Shown in pieces: positions 21,480 through 29,272 of a stretch of 29,272 nucleotides of DNA (within the stretch, counting starts at the first letter, position 1; each line of letters opens with the position of its first letter). Made by a program: the position numbers and the translations under genes. This stretch comes from Cladosporium halotolerans (taxonomy: Eukaryota). Where the stretch lies: NCBI RefSeq assembly GCF_011745625.1, contig NW_027191484.1, positions 248,001 through 277,272 on the forward strand. Reading direction: 5' to 3'. The notes under the pieces were generated by a model. It saw only the letters and a program-made list of their open reading frames with translations, did no database searches and was not told the origin of the DNA.

Positions 21480-23388
21480 GACTGCTGAGGTTAAGGGCGG
21501 AATGCCAACAGCGATGACTTGGCGCATAGTGGAAGACGCCCGGTACAACGGCAAACAACCAGCAAACAAGCCTGCATGCAACCCACCCCACGTTCTCAGC
21601 TGTACGTGTGAAGAATCAACCATGCCATTCGTTCGACCGCTTCCCTAATCAGTCCGATATGAGGATGGAGGGCAAACATCAACACCCTTGTCGGAAGTCG
21701 GTAGAATGTAGCCTCGCTAGAGCTGGTGCTGTTCGTCATTCACTTCTGCAGTCAGCCTTGCAGGGCGGTCATGCGTGCAGCTGCGTTGCAGGCCATATCG
21801 ATATCTTGGTCACAAGCGCCATGCAGCAAAAGCATGGGATGCTTCGCTCAATCGACGGGACAAGGCGATCGGTTTCTCTTCTTCAGCCTGATTCAAGCAC
21901 ATGTCGACGTCTAAGCCTCGGACGTGGGATGACCAGGCAGATTGAAGTAAGAAAAATAAAACCAGTACATGGCGCGCCATTGCGACCACATCAATCGCGA
22001 CCCATTTCATCTCGAAGAGAAACCGAATTGACGTTCGATTATAGTATCTACCGCTGCGCGCCTGAGGCTACACCTGGAGTGGGAATCTCAGAAGCTAAAG
22101 CACTTGGGTTCGGCCCCTACGCGCCGAGCCCGACCCCACGCGGTGGCTGCATGACCGGTGAACGTCTCCTCCAATCCCCTTTCCTTCCTAGACTTGACAA
22201 AAGTCGAAGGATCTCTCAGCCGAGATGGGGACAAACATTCGGAAAGTAGCTTGCCGACATGGTGTTATCCATCCCGTGCGTCTCGAGAAGCGAGGGGCCC
22301 GTCCCGAGGCATCCGTTTGTCAAATGTCAGAACCCGTCCGAACGGAACCAACCAGACGATCGCGAGAGATGCGCCTGACGCGCTGTGCCGCAGCCTAAGC
22401 GTCGAAATTGTGAGGCGACCTATCAAGCTCCTTGTGATCGAACGTGGGCGGGAAATCCGTGACTCTAATCATTAGCCTGACGCATGGCGCCTACGACTCA
22501 TTTCAGGAGCGACCGTGTCCCATCTGCCCACGTATATTGAAGCTGAGAGCTGGAGCTGGAGCTTCCGCGCCACCGCACACTGCGCGTCTACTCACAGTGC
22601 CAGCGGCACAGCGGGAACACTTCAGACAGCTCAGTCAAGGCCACGATAGCAATAGGGCCGTGTGACACCCGTGGAAGCGGTGGGCACGTCGACCGGCAGC
22701 CATCAAGCGGTATAGCCCCACTCATTGGACTCTCGAGGTTGCCTTAAAGTCCTGCAGGCTGCCGGTACTAATTAATTGTACTGCAACGCGAGCCGCCCCC
22801 ACGGACCACTCAAAACGCTCACGCGTATGCGTCACATTACTACGGCAACAAGGAGTCTGAGATCTGGTGCTCCGGTACCAGGCTGAAGCCATCGTTTCGG
22901 TAGGCAAGTGAAGTCTGCTCGTTAGAAGCTCTCATATTCATTCTCGGTTGCAGCCGCAGCCCAAGTGACCGGCCACGGCGGCCTCCGATGAATCTTGCGC
23001 TCCTGTGTGTCCAGGAAGATGATGGAAATATCTTTAAAGTGGCCGTCCAAATACGTAAATCTATCTCTGGGATGAATATTTGGAACATAATGTCAATTCG
23101 AACTACCCCGGACTCCTCCACACACAGAACGCGTCCCAGTGCCACCCAAGTTCACCGTCGAGGTCAATCATCATTCCCAGAAGTCATGATGCCTTCAGCA
23201 TCATCAATGACCCTTGAACCTCGGATGTTCCAGCCTGGGAAGGCAAGTTAACCAAGATGTCCGGCTCGATCCAGTCTTCTCACCGGGTTTGTTCTCCAAA
23301 GGTGTCAAGCAATGTGATGAAGCTCGCAAGCTGGTGGCGGCATATCCCTAGTGACGATACCATCATCATAAAACGTCTGCAGTTCCAC

Positions 23389-24597
23389 TCAGACATATCC
23401 AGGTTGTGCCTCGCTGGATCGTACTTGCTCCATCCAGTTAGAGACCCGGGCATGTGTCCTCTCTTGAGGTTTGTCATCACTTCCTGCATCAGAACCTTCC
23501 GCGCGTATGACCTCTGCCTCTTCGAACACCGTGTGTGGAATCTGGGAAAGGGCAGCTTGTAAGCTATCTTGATATCCCGCTCGGGGTCCGCCCTCCTCAT
23601 TGACCAAAGCAGACAGAGTGGATTGCGCTGTATCTACATTTGCTGTGAACGCCGGATCGAGGGCCATCTGCTTGCCACCGTTCAAAGCTTCAGTGGCGGA
23701 CAGCCACTGTGCTTTAATACCATCAGCTTCCTTGATGGCGCGGCTCAATTCTTGCGAGATGGATTCTTTCTCGAGCTGCGCGTTCGTCTCAAAATCCTCG
23801 TCGGGTAAACTGAGAGTTTCTTCATGGTCACGCCGGAGCTCCCTTCGGGCAACTTCATTCCAATACTCGAAGTTGTGCTCTGCAAGACGCTCACCAAGCA
23901 CGCTCACATCACTTGACTTCTGATTAAAGCGCCTCACAAGATGATCTAAGTCTGATACCGATGATGCAGCTGACTTGGGACGACCGGGTTGCCCATCTTT
24001 CCAATCTGGTGGCTGATCGAGTCGGGTGATAGCCGTCTGGAATCCGGGAGTCTGAACCCACAAGCGCGCCGTCAATATGAAATTCGTCTCGTTACGAGAG
24101 CGATACTGTTGTGCTGCTTGGAGCTCCTGCTGTACCCTCCTCACGTGAGTCGCGTGTGACTCCGCGTCCGACCTGTCGGTGATGTGAAGCTCGCGCAGAG
24201 TCGCAATGTCTCGACCGGCTCCCACTGGGTCTGATGGAGAGCGGAAAGGGTCGACAGCATTCTCGTAGAGCGTGCGCGACTTTCGGTAGACCTTCTGTCG
24301 TCGTTGCCATTCCTGCTCAGCCTTCTCCAGTTCTTTGACTAGTGTTTGCTCGTGAAAGCGCGAGGCCTCCACTTCTTTCCATTGCTGCATGAGTCTGTCA
24401 CTCGAAGGACGATCTGTTTCTTCGCTCATTGTGGATATCGGAAGGCTTTGCACAGATTGTCGTCGACGAAGAAATCTCATGTTACTAGCTGGATGACTGC
24501 TTGGTGCGCGCATGGGCGGGCTGGCGACACGCTCTTTTTCCGTTCGAATGGCTCCTTCACGACCAGGCAGACCTCGTCGCTCTGATGAATCGTCCAT
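23389..24597 (-). CDS. Hypothetical coiled-coil protein (paralog A), divergent from the DUF6590 gene
   Basis: 402-aa ORF with E/Q/R-rich helices. It shares an ungapped 80-aa block with the 27208-28335 ORF. Confidence 0.75.
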   Translation of the reverse strand: MDDSSERRGLPGREGAIRTEKERVASPPMRAPSSHPASNMRFLRRRQSVQSLPISTMSEETDRPSSDRLMQQWKEVEASRFHEQTLVKELEKAEQEWQRRQKVYRKSRTLYENAVDPFRSPSDPVGAGRDIATLRELHITDRSDAESHATHVRRVQQELQAAQQYRSRNETNFILTARLWVQTPGFQTAITRLDQPPDWKDGQPGRPKSAASSVSDLDHLVRRFNQKSSDVSVLGERLAEHNFEYWNEVARRELRRDHEETLSLPDEDFETNAQLEKESISQELSRAIKEADGIKAQWLSATEALNGGKQMALDPAFTANVDTAQSTLSALVNEEGGPRAGYQDSLQAALSQIPHTVFEEAEVIRAEGSDAGSDDKPQERTHARVSNWMEQVRSSEAQPGYV

Positions 24598-25018
24598 TGG
24601 AGATCACTGCTCGTGTAAATGGTGTCAATATCTGTGCTGCTTGCTGCTTTTGATCCCCTATGAAGCGAAAATGTGTACGGGAAAAGTTCTATCTGGAGGC
24701 TACGTGCCAGAGGTCATGTTTTGATGACTGCTTGGCACCTTCACAGGGGTGCTGGATATAGGGTGCCTCAAGACTAGATGTCTGGGGTCGGCTCGGAAAC
24801 GAGCTAATAAGCCGACGAATAAAGCTCGTGATCTCATGCGTGCAGCACTTGGCAAGCCTTGCAGTATCATTGCATCCAGCTGTCAGCCTACAGCCAACGC
24901 ATGATCATGGCGCTCATCGTTGTTCTGCTGCTACATGGGGAAAAAGCCACCACGCATTACTACCCAACGGACTGTCGGAGGACATGTAGCTAGAGGCGCG
25001 ATGAAGCTTCCGATGGGG

Positions 25019-25025
25019 TATATAA
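25019..25025 (+). promoter_or_regulatory. Candidate TATA box of the DUF6590 gene
   Basis: TATATAA about 90 nt upstream of ATG 25116. Confidence 0.4.
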
Positions 25026-25115
25026 CGACCTCATGTCGCATGGAATCGTGGCTCAATCTGATTCAGCCCATGAACCTGGTTCCTCAACCTTGACGCGCAG
25101 GCGCTTCGCGTTGAC

Positions 25116-26412
25116 ATGAGTTCTCCGACTTCATCTTCGTTGCCCTCAGGGATTCAGTGGCAGCTCGATCCGCAGACAAGGCGATGGTTCTACATCGACA
25201 GTCGTACGCGGCAGCGTGTCTATCATCCGCAACCTCAACATCAAGCTCTCAATGCCCCGAGAAGCGCCCCAGCTCCACCCAGGGAGGTTCCCCCCTTCGA
25301 ATACCGGCCGCCAAGGAAGACTCTCGATCAAGGTACACCTTTCTCGACCAGAGTTCGCGGTTGTTCACAACGACGACTGACCTTCGCAGATTACAAAGTC
25401 CGAGTCCATCCGAGGAAGTTCTTCAAAATTGGCAAGGTCAGTCGTGTGGCTTTCAATGACCTGACACTCATTGACAAAGTGATCAGGTGTTCCTGACACT
25501 GCATACCGAGCCTCGTGGGAGCAATTCTACGCTCAACACAAAGAACCATGATATTTACACCGTCGCTTTGGGCGAACAGGCGTTCAGCAAAATCAGGCGT
25601 TTCATCGTCGTACGCGAAGGCCGAGATTCATGCAGTGCGTTGTAAGTATTGTCCCTATCCCTAATCTTCGACAATGACTGATTTGAGGAAGGGCAATCTC
25701 AACCCACAGCGGCAATGGAGCTTCTCGAAGGAATGCGTCTGAGCATGGTATCGTTCATACCACTGGCACGAGACCGCCACCAACGATGAGACAGGAAGAC
25801 GGCCTCCTGCCATCGCCAATTCGAATTGATCCGTTGAATGAGGACGACAGACTCGACGCAACATCCCGTATGGACTATGGCAAGCTGTACAACATCGAGC
25901 ACAACGTCAAGGTCAAGCCGTACGGTGTTGTGAACAACCAGTCTATGCAAACTCTGATCAAGCAGTGGACCCAAGTCTTTTTCGGGCGAGCCGCCACACC
26001 TGCAGCAACGGCTTTCCGTTCACCCAACCCCCAGACGCTTCAAGCCTTGAAGTTCTCTCCAAGCCAGATCAGACAAGTCTTGAACATTCTGTCAAGGCGG
26101 GGAGCTGATCCCCGGCAGGTGATCACTTCAGTGGCAAGGGCCTCCGCGGAAGAGGCTCTTGGTACGAAAGCGCTTGCAGATCATGCGGTCGAGCTCATTG
26201 TAGCAGGCATGGACTATAATGCAGCAGTTGCTCAAACTCGTTTGCTGCAGGACAGGAGGAAAGAAGCCGACGAAGACGACAGTGGCGATGAGGGTATCGA
26301 TGCTCAGAATTCGGAAGAAGAAGAAGAAGAAGATGATGATGACGATGATGACGATGACGACGAGGAGGATGAAGAGGAAAGCTCCGCTGACTCTGGCTCT
26401 GACGATGAATAG
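25116..26412 (+). CDS. DUF6590-type protein (PemK/MazF-like by eye) with WW-like N-terminus and acidic C-tail; exons 25116-25332, 25390-25436, 25487-25641, 25692-26412 (379 aa)
   Basis: The spliced core reads KFFKIGKVFLTLHTEP..FSKIRRFIVVREG..CSALAISTHSGNG..EHGIVH..PIRID..LDATSRMDYGKLYNIEHNVKVKPYGVV, matching the fungal DUF6590 pattern as I recall it. Three introns give a 1140-nt in-frame CDS. Confidence 0.85.
26314..26379 (+). repeat. Coding (GAA)6/(GAY)n trinucleotide tract encoding poly-E/D
   Basis: GAAGAAGAAGAAGAAGAAGATGATGATGACGATGATGACGATGACGAC... Confidence 0.9.
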
Positions 26413-27207
26413 TGATTCCTCCTTCCGACGAAGCAGTCCCCACCGCCTGCAGACCTTTGGAGAAACAGCACACCCCGTTTCCTTATTTGGAGTTTTACGG
26501 ATGCTTGACGACCAAAGACAGCGGCCGCCACAGACTGACGACACTGCAAGTTTCTTGTAACCCTTGCGCTCTTGTGCTGATGCACTCAACATACTGGCTA
26601 ATCGAGCACAGAACTCTTCCAAGGAAGAGAAGCTGCGGCTTGACTAAGCTATCTTTGGCCTGTGCAAATTGTCTGCAGCTGATGCTTTTCTTCATTATCT
26701 TTCATTGTAATGAGACCAACGAACCCTGATCCAGCCAGATTGTATTTAGCGTATTTATCTTCGAGCTGAAACTAGCGATGTCTTCCGTTCAACTGTTCAG
26801 ATGCACACAGTGGCCGTCTTGTTACACCAGTGACTTTTGCAGCTTCACGTTGCGCTGGGCACAAGAGAAGCTCAAAGTTCGCGAGCGAAATAAGGTATCC
26901 TAGCAAAGCCACGCACTGGCGTGAAGAGCCTTTGAGCGGTAATGGAGGTTGAATATCATCTCACAACATAAGGTCGCAATGATGAAGTTGATGAAGGAAA
27001 CACAGCAAGAACACCCTTGTCACTTGTGCATCAAAGCGTAGTGTCCTCGTTGAAGCCGGGTGCTTTTAGGTCGGTCTATGATGCAGATGAAAGAGCTATG
27101 AAGAATCATCGTCGGCAGAGGCATACCTGCCGGTGTTTCATGAGAGTACCTGAATGTTTGAAAATATCTCTTTGCTTGTACTCGCCCTCGGTAGCCCAAA
27201 CACGCTG

Positions 27208-28257
27208 TCAAGTCGTTGGTCGGCACGGATGTCCCAGCGCGCTCAATGACTTCACCTTGCGAATTGGAGCAAGATGAAGATCGCTGAGAGACCGACTTTT
27301 CGACCTACCCACGTCAGTAATTCCTTCATTGTCTTCTGCATGGCGTGTACGAGTATCTGGGGACTTGATCTCCATATCGTTGACCCATGAAGCTATTCTC
27401 TCTCCGCGAAGGGGCTCGCCAGTGTGCTGTGTAGGAGCATTTCCGAGAATAACATCTGTCAGTACTAAAGCCTTACTGCTGGACCGAGAACACGCATTAG
27501 CCGTCTCAAAGCTGTCAACACTTGCTTTCTCGGAAGTCTGCCAATCTTGGACGGGATTTGCAACCCCAATATTAGGGAAATCGACTCTGGCCCACGGAGG
27601 AATTTCGATCTGTTCCTTTCTGCATACGTCCAAGGCAGCCTCAACAACTTCCCATGCCTTGTGAAGAGCCTTTTCGCCAGTATCGAAGTGTTTCTGCCAG
27701 GATCGTTCGAACTCTCCGTCGCTTTGTTCCAGCGTCTGCTCCTGGTCCAACATCAGAATTCGCCGTTCTTCCTGTTCTTGCTTCTCAATATGAAGCTCTG
27801 CCCATCTCTCATGAACATTGTTTAGGGTGCCGACCGCGTCGAAGTACTGCTCAAGACTTGTATTCTGCGGTGGAGTAGACTCTTGCGAGGCAGAAGAAAA
27901 CACAGACGATGATGTCCCCAACGATGCATCAGACCAGTCGTCGACTTGATCTTGCAGGCCTCTTCCCTCTACAGCAGCATACATGGCACGGGCAGAATTC
28001 TCAGACCGACGCTCCGCTCTTTGTATTCGCATGTGACTCTCTTCCAAGTCTTTCATGAGCACTTCAACATCTTGTAGCTGGCTAATGAGCATTTCCATTG
28101 CCTTTCGCGCTTTGATTTTGAGCCTTTTCTCCTTAGCCTTTCCGGCAACTTTGGTATCCTGCATGCCTTTCGACTTTCCCCTCATCATGGAGTCCATAGT
28201 GGCCTTTAGATGCTTGGCTGTGTACTGAAGTGTGTTCCACTGATGACAGATCTCCAT
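27208..28257 (-). CDS. Hypothetical coiled-coil protein (paralog B), convergent with the DUF6590 gene; start uncertain
   Basis: The frame is open from 28398 and the first in-frame ATG is at 28257. It carries the block YFDAVG..ERWAEL..E..RR.L..DQEQTL..SD.EFE, similar to paralog A. Confidence 0.72.
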   Translation of the reverse strand: MEICHQWNTLQYTAKHLKATMDSMMRGKSKGMQDTKVAGKAKEKRLKIKARKAMEMLISQLQDVEVLMKDLEESHMRIQRAERRSENSARAMYAAVEGRGLQDQVDDWSDASLGTSSSVFSSASQESTPPQNTSLEQYFDAVGTLNNVHERWAELHIEKQEQEERRILMLDQEQTLEQSDGEFERSWQKHFDTGEKALHKAWEVVEAALDVCRKEQIEIPPWARVDFPNIGVANPVQDWQTSEKASVDSFETANACSRSSSKALVLTDVILGNAPTQHTGEPLRGERIASWVNDMEIKSPDTRTRHAEDNEGITDVGRSKSRSLSDLHLAPIRKVKSLSALGHPCRPTT

Positions 28258-29272
28258 GCGCCTCGATGCATCATCGCGTCGAAGATCAGATGTTTTGCCG
28301 TGCCGTCTCTTGTAAGTTTTGACAAGCACAGGCAAAGGAGAATGTATTGACGTTCCTGACTGTTCCTTTGCAAGAGGGACATGGTCGGTGTAATTACTCT
28401 AAAGGTTTCCTTAGCGAATGAGGAAGATAATGCACAAACACTTCATATATTACCCCATAATCTGGAGAGTTATCTCCCACATCAACATAACTTGCGGAGG
28501 AATTGCTCACAGCCGAAGACCCATGCACAACACCAGAGCTACTCTCATGCGATCGCACACGAGTGTTTAGCGCCACAGGATTGAAGGCTTGCATGACAAG
28601 ACGCTAGTCGCTATACTGATGGAGTGAAAAGCCGAGGCAAGTGCCGGAGAAAGGGAATGACACGTAAAAGATGGCTAAGCCCAGTGTTATGAATTGGTCG
28701 CCGGAGCGTGGACGCCTTGTGACCCCTAATGAGAAGCCGAACGGACGATGAAATGAACACGAAATGCCGTGTCCGGGACGGTCAAGCCCAAACCCTTCCC
28801 ATTGGGCGCCACGAGCCACAGTCTCGGAATCTTCCTCGACTTTTGGCATATGCAGCACTTGAGAATAAAGCATGCATACCTTGGTGTACGTGCATGCATG
28901 GTGTGCTGGCGCGGCTGACATGCGTCCGCTTGGTACCACACTTCAAAGGTCACATTACAGAGCTAGCTCGTCAAAGCAGGACTGCCATTGCCTATATGAA
29001 ACTGGACACAGGATCCGGACGATCGCCATGGACTCACCATTATCCATCGAAGATGAACCATGTCACAACAAGGCTTCAGCCCCCACTTTGGGAACCACAT
29101 TTCCTATGATCCTCGAGAAGACATCATAACTTTTCCGGATGGCCAACGATTCGCACGCCCTACGGACATACTCCAGAGAGTACACCGACAGTCATGTCCA
29201 ATAATTTTGCCATGTTCATGTCATGTGCAGTGGGAAAAATCTATGTTCATATTCATGTCGCGTCATGTGCAG

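Noticed and set aside
23305..23391. Possible premature stop or readthrough at the end of paralog A
   Set aside because: The frame continues for only about 27 codons and there is no homology evidence.
29200..29272. CATG-rich segment with GTCATGTGCAG twice
   Set aside because: Short and truncated by the window edge, so it cannot be interpreted.

Overview
Intron-containing filamentous ascomycete (Pezizomycotina-type) genomic DNA with about 13 protein-coding genes. In order: an ankyrin-repeat gene; NMT1/THI5 with a complete TPP riboswitch in an alternatively spliced 5' UTR intron; a PPN2-like metallophosphoesterase; MepB/M3 oligopeptidase; a secreted DUF1996 protein; ERG4; an orphan; Cip1-CBM1; a YDDR/SKAP repeat membrane protein; and a glutathionyl-hydroquinone reductase (ECM4/GTO-type GST). 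The right end holds a three-gene module. Its central gene is a DUF6590-type gene whose spliced core aligns by eye, motif for motif, with MazF/PemK endoribonucleases and carries a WW-like N-terminus and a very acidic tail. It is flanked on both sides by two diverged paralogous coiled-coil genes. This module is the best candidate for an undescribed system (a fungal MazF-like nuclease with partner proteins). Other notable items: a perfect 30-bp inverted repeat at 4636-4714, a probable CUG-initiated N-terminal extension of MepB, and 4 AAG acceptors among 14 inferred coding introns. All gene models and family calls were made by eye, with no database search.
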